Of a DNA stretch of 64,000 bases, positions 13,563 to 25,126 are shown in pieces. This DNA comes from Gnetum montanum. Lineage: Eukaryota; Plantae; Gnetophyta. The notes beneath the pieces are model-generated. The model saw only the letters and a list, made by a program, of their open reading frames with translations, searched no databases and had not been told where the DNA came from. The position numbers and the translations under genes were made by a program. The DNA lies in NCBI GenBank assembly GCA_015680685.1, contig MNCI01000673.1, forward strand, positions 246,486 through 310,485, given 5' to 3'. The stretch's first letter is position 1, and every line of letters begins with the position of its first letter.

Positions 13563-15305
13563 TTCATTGGGCCCCATGGTTGTTGGAGTATTGTGTGGTG
13601 GACTTGATAAGGTAACATGAGGTGTTGGGTTCGAAGAGGAAGATGCACCACATTGTTGGATTTGTGCTGAGTTGGCAGATGCAGTGGTTTCTAAACTATG
13701 GTGTCCCTTTTGACAGTCACATCTAAAGAAGGGACACCTTCGATGTTGTGAAGGACCTCCATTGCTGTTGACAATGGCAGCACAAGTAACGTTTGTGGGT
13801 TGGTGCTATGGTGCAAAATCTTCTGGCATAGTTGCTAGTGATGTAGAAGGGGGCAAAGTATGAGAATATTGAGGTTGAGGAGAAGTGTAAGGCACACGAG
13901 ATGGTGATCTTGTTGGAGAGGACATGGGTGGATAGTACATAGGAGAATGATAATAATGAGGTGAGGTAGAGGATGCTAATCTTATTGGAGAAACAAGGTG
14001 TTGAACATAATAAGCATTTGGCACTGGGACATATGAAGGGTATGGTCTAGTTGGCGGTGGCCTCCTCCACGACTGAGGTTTTTGCCACTGTGGTTGGACA
14101 CAGTAATTTTGTATGAACTCTAGATGTAACATTCCTTCCCAATGCTCATGTAAATGCGACAAGATTGGACATTGACCTTTGGGGTGATTGTACAAGCAAA
14201 TATTACATTGATACGTATGATTGGTAGTTGAGTTCTTATTCTTATTCTCTTCAAGCCTTCTTTTTGATTTTCTATTGGGGTTCTGTCGTATTTCTTGGTT
14301 CATCATAGTTCTTCCTCTAATAATGTTGGCATATTCTCCACATCATTCATGTACCTAGTCCGTCATCTTATTGATCTTTGCCTCAATTTCATCTAGTGAT
14401 TGTAGGATTGGCAAAGATGATTCCACCTCCTTGAAGTGAGTTGATTTCTCCTCTTCATGATCATGAACCCTTGTTAAGTGGAGATTTTGGTCCTATGGAG
14501 AACTTTCAACATTCTCCCATTTAGTTATTTCTCCTTCTTCTTTTACTATCTACTTAATAAGCTCTTGGAGTTGATGGGTTCATAGCTCATATAGTTGACC
14601 TTGGGCATACATCCCTAGGGTCTCCCTTGTTTCATTATGGAGTCCATCTACGATATGGTATATTAGCCTCTCCTCGAAGAACCCATGGCCTAGGTAGTTG
14701 TTTAACAGTGCATAATATCTTTCTAAGGCCATGTCCAAGGGTTCATGTTGCACTTGTTTCCATTCTTGGATTTGTCTCCTCAAGGCTGACACTCTTGCAT
14801 AGGTTTGATATCTTTCATTGAAAAGTTCTACCATTGTCAGTCAACGTCGAATTAATTTCGATTTTAATGAGCTATACCATACTTTTTCTTGGCCAACGAG
14901 TGTCAAAGAAAAGAGCTTAAGTTTTTGCCACCTATTATCAATGTTGTTCCATGTATAGGCATTGTAGAAGGCTTGTAAATGTTGTTGCGGATCTGAATCA
15001 TAGCCTCTTGAAAACTTGGGAAAGCTGTTTAAATCAAGCATGGGTAGAAGACTTTCCTTATGATGCCTGTAGGCTATTCGAACAAGCTCTTGTATTTCTG
15101 TTAAGCTTGTAGTGGCCAGTAGGGGTTCTTCTTCATTGGATAAGTTATGCTTTCATGTGTTGGGACCATATTTTCTTCGTTTATGTTTATAAGAAATCCC
15201 CACCTCGAGTTGCATACTCCAATCTTCATTGTCATAATATTCGTTGGTTCTCTAATGAATTACCTCACTAGATGTGGCATTATTATAGTCTTGTAGGAGA
15301 GACAT
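13563..15305 (-). pseudogene. Element A gag (Retrotrans_gag-like, CX2CX3HX4C knuckle, Pro-rich tail)
   Basis: FPKFSRGYDSDPQQHL, KLKLFSLTLVGQEKVWY, CNICLYNHPKGQC; interrupted by stops and frameshifts. Confidence 0.85.
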
Positions 15306-15419
15306 GATTGTGAACCATGTGTGAATTGAATTGAATTTAATTTCTTTTCTAAAGGATATATTGTTAATACTTGTTACAGTAATCTTGTATGATATAACTA
15401 ATCTAAATAACTAGCACTA

Positions 15420-15437
15420 TCCCCAACAACAACACCA
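15420..15437 (-). promoter_or_regulatory. Primer-binding site (tRNA-Asp type) of A
   Basis: Reverse complement TGGTGTTGTTGTTGGGGA equals the Athila PBS TGGCGCCGTTGCCGGGGA with C>T changes; adjacent to the LTR end. Confidence 0.8.
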
Positions 15438-17350
15438 ATGATGAGCGGCGAGGTACCTCTACACTCAACCATACGAAAACGAGTGTTCACGCACAATCCG
15501 GTTGAACTCCATGGATAGGCTAGTTGTGGTTTCTAAATAGTTACATGTTGACCATAGTTCACTATCTTTCCACTTGGACTAGTATTTGCTTTGTCACGTA
15601 TGGTTTAGTCTAGAGTGAGGCGTATGATGTGATCCTAAAATAGTGCTACTCCTAGAGACAATGGAATATAATCTTGATTAAACTAATGAGTAATAGGAAA
15701 TGAAGTCTAAGCTAACCTAAGTGCGATGAGCATCCATTCATTAATCATCCGTATACATTTTGAACCTCATGCATGACTACTACTAGGATTACCAAGCGTA
15801 GATCCTAGGTACACTACTGGGTTACCAAGTAGTCACACTTAAATGCTCGTGATTAAGTTGTACTCATTTTGCATTTAACAATAGGAATAGTAAATGATGA
15901 TAAAGAAATATTAACTAACAAAATAGGCCCTGCGTAAACGGGGTAATAATAAAAATTAAACAATTAAAACTAAGCGAATGCTGCAATGATGAAGTACTCT
16001 AAATCTTTATTGCCAATCATGTGTGTGTCCAAGTACATCACATTCGAATGAAGGTTCCATACAATTATAAGCATCAGACTGCGGGCATGCACTAGGAAAA
16101 TATTTTAACTTGTATGGAAAAAAAATGAAAGAGCTTCACTACAACTAATTGAAAGGTGCCTAGGTGTGGTGGAGGGCCACTTATTTATAGGCTAAAATAG
16201 GCCCTGCGTAAACGGGGCCACGTCGACGCATGGAGGGATGCATCGACGGGGCCATGTTGACGCTGCCGACTATACGGGGCCCTGTATATGCAGCCTAGTT
16301 GATGCATCAACTATATAGCACTTCATCAACCATGATATGAGAAGGTATAACCATCATAGTTGTTAAATTATAAGTTGTAAATATTATATTCCTATCCTAT
16401 GATTCGTACATCATTTACAATCAATTCTAAGTAATCTAGAAGATCTCAAGTTACCCATATGGAAACCTAGTAATGTCAATGCAAAAAAATAGGCTATTTT
16501 TATCCTTTTAATTTCTAAAATTTTAACTTTATTTTTGAACCCTAAGACTATGACCAATGTATAGTACTCATCGAGACAATTCCAATGGCATAAATTTTGT
16601 CTCAATTAGAGTGACAATTTGAGAGATATCGCTATTTTAAAGTTTCTTGTTATACATGCATTAAAAAATATTTAATTATTATTTAAAAAAGAATAAATTT
16701 TAGAATTAGGAATGAAACCCATAATCATTCTCTACCAAAACTGAACCCACATCCTATCATAGGCCAAACCAACACATCAACCACTGAGGTAAGGTAGAAT
16801 AAAATCATAATAAAAAGTTAAAAAAAAGGAAAAAAAAGGAAAGCTAGAGGTTGTGGGTTGAAACCTAGCCATTGATTTGCAAACTTAAAAAAAAATATTA
16901 AATTTCTTTTGCAGCTTACATTGGCCCTACAGGGGTTGCACAGGCTTATTAGGGCCATGCTAGCCTTGCAAAGACCATGATGGGCCATTATGGTTGCATT
17001 GCATAGGTTTGTGCAAGCTACATAGCCTTACATAGGGCTACAATGGCCCTTAGGGCCACACATTAGGCTACTCATTTTTTGGCCATGCTTCTCTTCTCAG
17101 TGCCACTACCTTTTTGTCACCCACTACCTCTAGCCACATTTCTTGCCATGATTTCCATTATCACTATGCCTTGATTCATAAGGCCACATGTTTAGTGACA
17201 TTGCTACAATTTGTGCAAAACCCTTGCTTGCTGATCAAACCCTCACTGTGCATTTTTACCACCTATTGCACATGTCAATTTTTTCTTCAATCTACACCAC
17301 CATTTCCATTGCCATCATTGAAAAATCCATTGCAATTTTCAGCCATCCAT

Positions 17351-17625
17351 AGTACTTGTGAATACTATCAATGCCAAGCATCACTACCCCTTCCAACACT
17401 ATGTAGACATCACTAGCATTGAGAATGACTACCCCTTTCAATGCATCATGGACATTGCCAATGCTGAGAATCTTTGCATCTTTTAGCACTTCATGGACAC
17501 CACTGATGTTGAGAATCACTACCCCTTTTAGTGCTTCATAGATACTGTTGACATCAAGAATTACTATCCCTTTTGGGGCTCTGTGGATACCATCGATGTC
17601 AAAATTTTTTGCATCTTCTAGTGTC
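17351..17625. repeat. 45-bp tandem repeat, ~6 diverged copies, inside H
   Basis: Units start at 17351, 17395, 17440, 17485, 17530, 17575 and 17620 (consensus ~AGTGCTTCATGGACACCACTGATGTTGAGAATCACTACCCCTTTT). Confidence 0.85.
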
Positions 17626-18267
17626 CCTTTGGTGTCACTACAATGAAATCCTTGTTCCTCTACATGCTAGCCACCTATGACATGCAAGATACTAATAAGA
17701 GCCATGTGGGCCATGGTGAGAGTTGCACATGCCTTAATGAGGGCTACCTGGGGCTTGGAAAAAGGGTTGTCTAGGTTCTTTGCATGGGTTGCATAAATCC
17801 CACCTAAGCCACGTAGGCCCTTATGTGGGCTGTGGAGGCACCACATAAACCATGTAGACCATAGTAGGGGCTACACAAGCATGGGGAAGGACCCATCAAC
17901 CATTTCTTCACTCCCAACAAGCCTCTGCCACCACATTCTCAATGTGCCTTTGCTGCCCACTACTACCATGCTCTTCTGGGATTGCTTGCCACCACTGTAC
18001 CCTTCTTGCCACTCTAGCATCCCTCTAGTAGTATTGACATCCCTACTTTAGTAGCTATCCCTACCCTTAGTCATGAAAATTTTTTTCCCATCAATTGATG
18101 GGCAATTCAAAATTTTCCATTAATTGAAAAAAAATTCAAAATGTTCTATCAACCAACAGAGAATTCAAAAATTTCTATTTGTTAGCTCATTAGTTTAAAT
18201 TATGAAGCAAGAAAAATTTTTAGAAATAAGAAATAGAATTTGTGTGCTAGGAGGAAATGGGATAAAA

Positions 18268-18337
18268 ACCTCAAAATTAAGCGCACTTGTCCTAGAGTAG
18301 TACTAGGATGGGTGACCTCTTGGGAAGTCTCATTTTT
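18268..18337 (+). promoter_or_regulatory. 5S rRNA-derived segment with the Pol III type-1 internal promoter (box A, IE, box C) and T5 run; not a full 5S gene
   Basis: AATTAAGCGCAC (box A-like, 18275-18286), then AGAGTAGTACTAGGATGGGTGACCTC (18294-18319, identical to plant 5S as I recall it), one mismatch, TGGGAAGTC, then TTTTT at 18333-18337. The 5' third of 5S is absent. Confidence 0.9.
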
Positions 18338-19040
18338 CACACCAAATATTCTAGACCTTAGAAGCCATAACTTTTAATTTCAAAAATCTTTCTTGATGAA
18401 TGAAGAATTGTTTCCTATAGAATTCAACCTTCTAGATACAATGGTGAAGTTAGATCCATCCCATGGAGCCCCAAAAATTAGTTTTTATCGCTTGCCCAAC
18501 ATAGTATCTCAAGATCCTCAAAAGCTTAATTTAGCATAACTTAAGCATATAATGTCCTTTTTTAACATATGAGTAGTCATTTCTAATATTTTTCACCCTT
18601 TTAAATTGAATGATGAAGTTAAATGTATCATCTAAGTACCTAATAATTTGATGATATCATAAAAAGTGCCTTAAGATGTCATAACATAGACTAGCTAGTC
18701 TTACCTAACAGTTTAGTTATTAAGACTTAATGCAACATCTTAAAACTTAAGATTAAGGGTTTAACCTATGTAGATAGATAATCTTAGCCTCCTAGAACTC
18801 TAGTTTGTCATTAGTACATTGCTAGAGTTAGTGTTCTTAGGAAGGGTAGATAAGTTTATAAGAATTAGATAATGTAGTAAATCAATTAATTAGGTGATGA
18901 ATTAGTTGATGAACAAAAATGATCAAGAGGATGTATATCAATTTGTTTTGCAATCAAATCATATAGTAGAACAACATGGAGAGTGATAATCTCATTTTAG
19001 CAAGATGTATGATACCCATAAAGAGTAATAGTTCTACAGA

Positions 19041-20150
19041 ATGAGAATGAAAGTTGTAACATACAATCTACTTGCAAGATCCCTAGTGAGTGAAAAACAA
19101 CATCTACTATGTCCACTAGGGGCCTTGAGTTGACATGAGTATCGATACCCAGACATTTTAGTAAAGTTACAAGAGTTGGATGTTGATGTTTTATGCTTGC
19201 AAGAAGTATTTCCATGGGAATTTCTACATCAATTCCAACTAGACTTGAAAAAGATGGGATATAAAGGTATTTAGAAGCAAAAAGGTTCTCAGGGAAGTTA
19301 TTCTATTGAGCCATACAAATTAGCCTATTGTAAAAATCACAGCATGGATGGTTACATAATCTTTCATAAAGAAATCAAGTTTGAATTAGTACAAAGATTC
19401 AAATGGAGTTTAGAAAATATGATTTTTGACATTCCATAATGTTACACCATGGAAAAGAAAGAATAATCAACATTTCAAAAAATTCACATAGCGTTGGCAT
19501 TGATACTAAAAGTCCATCTATTAGGAAGGTGTGTATGCATAGTCAACACACATTTAATTGGAAAATAAACATGTTCAGATATTATATTGTGTCAAGAAGC
19601 ATAATTGATTAAGAAAATAGAAGAAAGTTTGAAGAATAAGTTATTCCTAAGCTATATTGCCAATTATCCTTTATGGAGACTTCAATGTAAAAGTTGGAAG
19701 TAGTGTTTATTAATTCTTAAAATATGGATGTGTAAAAGAATAAGTGGAAGATGAACCTATTTGAAGAATATTTTGCCATTAATTCAACATGCAATTCCAT
19801 TGGCCAATGCATAGTTTGCTTACTTTGAATCTTCAATAGATAAATTAGATCCTAGAATTTAGGAATACATGATGTTGATGAATAGCACTCATAAAGAACC
19901 ATAGTTTACCAATTACTTTGCTATGATTAATGAGGATGGATTAATGACATTCTTTATTGAGATCCTAGATTATATTTAGTATGATGTACAATTATTCCAA
20001 GTTACCAAGTTACTAGAGTTGATTTCTAAAGAAGAACTGGAGTAGAATCAAGATCAAGCCTTTCCATCTAGAACAAGAACATCTTATCATATACCACTTA
20101 TGAAAAAATTACAACTACTTCCATCAATTGATAAGGTTGATAAAGATTAG
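19041..20150 (+). pseudogene. CCR4: Intronless CCR4-type deadenylase nuclease domain (EEP superfamily), disabled
   Basis: Manual translation: KVVTYNLLA..CPLGALS*..DVDVLCLQEV..GYKGI..MDGYIIF..VCIVNTHL..LPIILYGDFN (GDFN 19675-19686)..HAIPLANA..EP*FTNY..LDYI*Y..LLEL..AFPSRTRTSYHIPL. Motif order and spacing match plant CCR4a/b. Two compensating frameshifts (~19650, ~19770) and many in-frame stops. Confidence 0.88.
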
Positions 20151-20549
20151 GATGTATGTCACCCTTACTTTTATTGATAAATCTTATTATTTTATTCATT
20201 ATTTAATTCATATTTTAATTAGATAAGTAAAATATCTAAGGTAAGGAAAGTTGGGAATAAAGGATTTATCCTTCCTTCACTTGGGTAACCAGATACAAGT
20301 TGAACTTTGTGTGATCTTAGTTAGGAACAGTGATTGGTGGTTGGTAGATATTTAATTCATCTTTTGTCATTATCTTAGAAAATGAGGTAGGTATTAATTA
20401 AGTAATATTTAATACTTATATATATTCTTCTCACATATATTTTGTTTGTAGAATAAGGAAGAAACAACTTTAAGTTCAAAGAAAAAATGAAATTATTGGA
20501 GTTGGAAAAAGATTGTGAATGCGAACTCATTTGAGGATGAATGAAACCT

Positions 20550-20561
20550 AAGGGGGTAGAT
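20550..20561 (+). promoter_or_regulatory. Polypurine tract of H
   Basis: AAGGGGGTAGAT immediately before the LTR start TGTAAC at 20562. Confidence 0.8.
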
Positions 20562-21111
20562 TGTAACTTTTCCATTCTGAAATGTTGCTACTACATAATG
20601 AAGATGGTGTCTCTTCATAACTAATCGTGAGATTAGTATAACACAACTTGAAAGGAAAGTTGTAATTAAGATCTAAAATAACATGTTATAATAATGGATG
20701 TGTCTCTTGAGGTAACCTTTGGGGGTTTGACCTAAGGAATTTATAGTTGGGCCTAGAGGTCATGCCACCATGGTGTGGTAGAATCAATAAAGGTGAGTCA
20801 TGGGAGCCAGGTGAAGTAGAACATGAAGAGAACTAGCCATTCCTTCTAGCTGGTGACAAGCTTAACCATGGTGGTAGTATTATTTTGCTTCTAAGGGATA
20901 GATGTTGAAGGAAGAAAATCCCAAGGAACACCCCTAGAACATGATTCAGATACTCCATTCCATGTCAATAAAGCGTTCCTTTCTTTTTCCTTCTACATTT
21001 TCCCTATTATTTCCTTGACACATAATGTCGAATGTTATATATATTTGACATTTGGTATATTTTCTTCTTAGGCATAATGTCTAATATAATGTATATTTGA
21101 TGTTTTTCATG

Positions 21112-24100
21112 NCAGGCAATAAACATTGTTTTCCATAAACCAATTGATAAGGTGAATATCCTAAATTTGATTTATATGTAATCCTTTAAGCCCAACATGC
21201 ATCTTGTAATTTTCTAGACCAATCTTTCTTCTTAGCACATATGGTTTTTGTTAAGATCTTTAGAATGATTCTCTTTGCATTTTCAACTTGACCATTTATT
21301 TGGGAATGGTAAGAAATAGCTATCTTTTGTTGGATTTCACTAGACTTATGGAATTTACTCATTATTTTATTTACAAAATAAGTTCCTTGATCACTAGATA
21401 TTTCTTGTGGAGCTCCAAATCATGTTAAAATATGTTTTCTTATAAAATCTACAACCACTTTAACATTGTTTTTTGAAATAGTTTTAGCCTGTATCCATTT
21501 AGTAATATAATCGATACATACTAAGATATACTAACATCCATTGGAAGGCAAGAATGGTCCTAAGAATTTTATGCCCCATACATCAAAAGGGCTTATTATT
21601 AAAATGGGATTAAGTAACATCTCTTGTCTTTTTGTTATTGTCCCTAAACATTAGTACTTGTCACATCCTTGGACATATGCATGAGCATCTTTAAATATAA
21701 TGGGCCAATAAAACCCACTATGTAATATTTTTATAGAGGTTCATTGACTATCAAAATTTCCACCTTCAAGGTTGTCATGACACATTTATAGGATTTCTTG
21801 CTACTCTTCTTTTGCCACACATCTTCATGCCACATTGTCCTTACACATTCTATAAAGATATAATTCATTCCAAATATACTTGGAAATGTTTCTTAGAAAA
21901 TATTGTTTCTCTTCTGTACTCTAGTAAGTTGGTGTTTTCATTATGGCTAGATAGTTTTCTTTGTTTCCAAATCAAGGGTCTTTCTTTATTAAAATGAGTT
22001 ATTCATTAGGGAATTTATCATTAAACACTTATCTTGTTCTATTTTCCTCATTTGGTTTCTAGTCTAGAAATATTATTTGCCACAACATTTTCTCTACCTC
22101 TCTTATATAGAATATCAAGGTCAAATTCTTGGAGTAGAAGACACCATCTCATAATCTTAGCATTTTTTATTTTCTTATTTGCTACAAATTTTATGGTTAA
22201 ATGATTAGTGTAAAATCTAGTTTTATAACCTATTAAATAATGCCTAAATTTATCCAAAGCATACACAATAGCCAAGAGTTCCTTTTTAGTAGTTGTATAG
22301 TTAAGTTGGGCTTGATCTAAACTTTTGGAGACATACTAAATCACCCTTGGTTTATTATCTAGGTATTGTTCCAAAACTATCCCTACAAGTATATCACTAA
22401 CATCACATATCAAGTGAAAATGAAAATTCAAATTAGGTGCATTAATTATCAGAGTAGTGGTTACTCTCTTCTTGAGTTGAAAAAAATGCTTGTTGGCAAT
22501 CATTAGTCCATATAAAGAAAACATCTTTTTCTAAGAGCATGTAAAGATACTTGACTATTTCTGAAAAGTCTTTATGAATCATCTATAATATCCAACATGA
22601 ACTAAAAAGGATTGCAGTATTTTTAAGTTTTTTAAATTGGATTTGCAGAAATTACTTTTACTTTTTTCTCATCCATTTTAATTACTTTTTTAGAACTTAC
22701 ATGTCCCTGGACTACACCACTTATTACCATTAAATGACTCTTTTCCCAATTTAATTTTAAGTTTTTCTCTATACATCTATTCATGATACATTCTAAGTGA
22801 TCTAATTTTTATTCACAGGTATCCTCATATAGTGAAAAAATCATCTATAAATACTTCTAAATATTCTTCTAGCATATTAGAAAAGACTAATATCATAGCT
22901 TTTTGGAAGGTAATGGGTGCACTACAAAGACCAAAAGGTCTATAGGCAAAGGTTTCATATGGGCATGTAAAGGTTTTTTTATGTTGATCTTTCAAGTAAT
23001 AGCTACTTGATTGTAACCACTCAACCCCTTCAAAAAGTAATAATATCCATGCCCTTCTAGTCTCTCCAAAATTTAACTTATATACGGTAGAGAAAAATGA
23101 TCCTTTCTTGTATTTGATTAAGTTCTATATAATCTACAAAAAGTTGCCATTTTGCTTCCTTTTCAGGTTCTAACATGATAAGACTTGTTCATTTGCTATC
23201 AACTATTGGATAAATAATTCCTTCTTTTCAAAGTTTAGATATTTCATCTTTGACAATTTACATTAAAGCTAGATTAATTCTCCTGGGGGAAATTCTAACT
23301 GGTTTAACATTGTCTTCTAAATTGATGTAATGTTGACATATGTTGGGTGAATTTCCTTGATGTAGGTCTTCATAACTACATGAAAATGCCTTATATTTTC
23401 TTTTTAGTACTTAGATAAATATTATTTCTTGTCCATTAGAAAGTTGGGAATTTATTATTAAGGGTTTATTTTTATTAAGAAAAATGTACTTAAGATTACT
23501 AGGTAATTCATGAAGTTCCAAAGAATCATTAATTAGTGGTTGTATTATTTCTCCTATACTCCCTGATTCCAAGTTCAAACTTTGGTCTAAAAAATCTTGT
23601 TGCTCTTTTATAGAAGGATTTAAAGGTCCTTCTTCAAAATTATTTAGCATTGATGTTTAGTTATCTTAAGCCATTGCTAATGTGGGTATTATGTAAAGAA
23701 TCCTAGCTTCTTTAATATCCTAGTTCAGTTGATCTTGTTTGGCTTTGTCAAATATATTAAGAATAAACATAAGGTTGGAAAAAGATAATTGAAGTTACCT
23801 TGATCTACAATTAATGATTACATTAGTTGTTGCTAACTAGGGTCTACCTAGGATGATGGGGAAACATTCCAAATCCTTTATCTCCAACACAATAAAATCA
23901 ATGAGGTATTTTTCTTTTTCCACCTTCATAAGTAAATCTTCTATCACTCCTATGGATTTAACACTTGAGTAATTTGCTAAAGATATTGACATGTTTACTT
24001 TCCTTATGTCTTCCAAGCCAAGTGACTTAGCCATTTTAAGAGGAATAATATTAATACTAGCACCTAGATCCAATAAGTCATTTTAATGTTTTTATAGGAA

Positions 24101-25126
24101 TTTTTGGGATTCTTGAATCTAGGTATTTTTAAATTTCTTAACTTTTTATGAGTTGAGATAGGTTTTCAACCAAATACACTTATCTTGGAATTTTTTCTTT
24201 CCTTACTTTTGTGCATAATTATCTTAAGTATTTAGCATAAAGATGTGTATTTCTAGAGCTTGGTCTAATGGAATATGTAAATATAATTCATTAAACATTT
24301 TTTTTGTATGTGCCTTAGTTGTAAAATCTTCTTGCAATAGTTTAGGGAAGGGAGGTGAAATTATTGTCCTATTCAAAGAGGAAGAAATTGAGGATTGTTC
24401 CCCTTTTCCCATTGATTCTTCACTTCCTTATTTATTATGAGTGGTTTATCCTCTTCTTGTGTCTCATTAATATTATCTTAGAAACTAATTTTTTTATAGG
24501 TCTAGGCTCAACAATATTTTCACTCCTAGTGATGATAGACTGGAATTGCTCCTTACTTTTGTCTAATTGGTGGGATTTGGTATAGGTTGAGAAGGTAGAT
24601 TGCTCTTTGTTAAATCTTGGAAATGTATCCTTTTCTCAATCATAAATTGCCTATTTTCTTGTATAAATACCATTAAACTTTGAGTTAAATGGTCTAGTTG
24701 TTCATTAACCAAATTTCTCAATGGTTGTAGTTATTTTGGGGAATTGATGCTAATGGTTGATAAAATGATCTTATTTGAAAAGGTGAAGGAGGGTGGTTTC
24801 TTAATTTTTGGGAAGCTCTCATAGACTCTTGAACTTCTTCATTATAGTGCATTAAGGCTATAAAATTTGTGGTGTCTTGTTATCTATTCCCATATAAGTT
24901 ACAAGTTTCTTCTTGAGGAAAATAAGTTTTTTTCTTTATTAATTTAGTTACCACATCAACATTTTTTTTAATTTTTTAGTTTGTTGGATTACACCTTGCA
25001 TGATAGTTGGTTTTGAAAAACATTTACTTTGGTCTACTAAAGAGTCAATGATTCTCTAATCCTCTTCCAGTGTAACATTCAAAATATTTCCTCCATAAGA
25101 AAAATCCATATTTTTTCTATAATATG
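21112..25126 (-). pseudogene. Element G gag(C-term)-PR-RT-RNaseH-INT, Athila-type, degenerate
   Basis: LDLGASINIIP / IILGRP (protease ~24073-23837), VFIDDF (RT ~22845), ICDVSD..VGIVL and LAIVYALDKFRHYLIG..ENVVA (RNase H), PFDVWGI and PYQLVYGK (integrase). Confidence 0.92.

Larger units (their letters stand above)
10738..16328 (-). mobile_element. Element A: complete pol-less Athila-like LTR element (gag + 3' ORF)
   Basis: TGATGA...TCATCA termini; 5' LTR 15439-16328; 3' LTR from 10738 into an N gap; exact TSD ACCAT (10733-10737 / 16329-16333); degenerate tRNA-Asp PBS. Confidence 0.92.
9932..20880 (+). mobile_element. Element H: non-autonomous LTR element with TGTAAC termini and chromovirus (Tekay)/Cassandra-like PPT, inserted in G integrase; 3' LTR truncated
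   Basis: Direct repeats 9932-~10250 and 20562-~20880, both starting TGTAAC. The second is preceded by TTGAGGATGAATGAAACCTAAGGGGGTAGAT (PPT). G integrase flanks both sides with part missing, so no TSD. No gag/pol or clear PBS seen. Confidence 0.75.

Noticed and set aside
11303-13651. ORF-track entries containing long X runs
   Set aside because: Artefacts of N gaps (11336-11533, 13217-13562).
18268-18337. Functional 5S rRNA gene
   Set aside because: The 5' ~40 nt and the 3'-terminal stem strand are missing, and it is a single copy rather than part of an array.
19041-20150. LINE (APE-type) endonuclease as the identity of the EEP frame
   Set aside because: The motifs are CCR4-type (TYNLLA, CLQEV, NTHL, FTNY, LDYI) rather than L1-type (WNVRG, LQET, YAP, RIDR), and no RT follows.
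20902-21111. Small insertion starting TGTTG within G integrase
   Set aside because: Ends at an N with no TSD or second terminus; cannot be classified.
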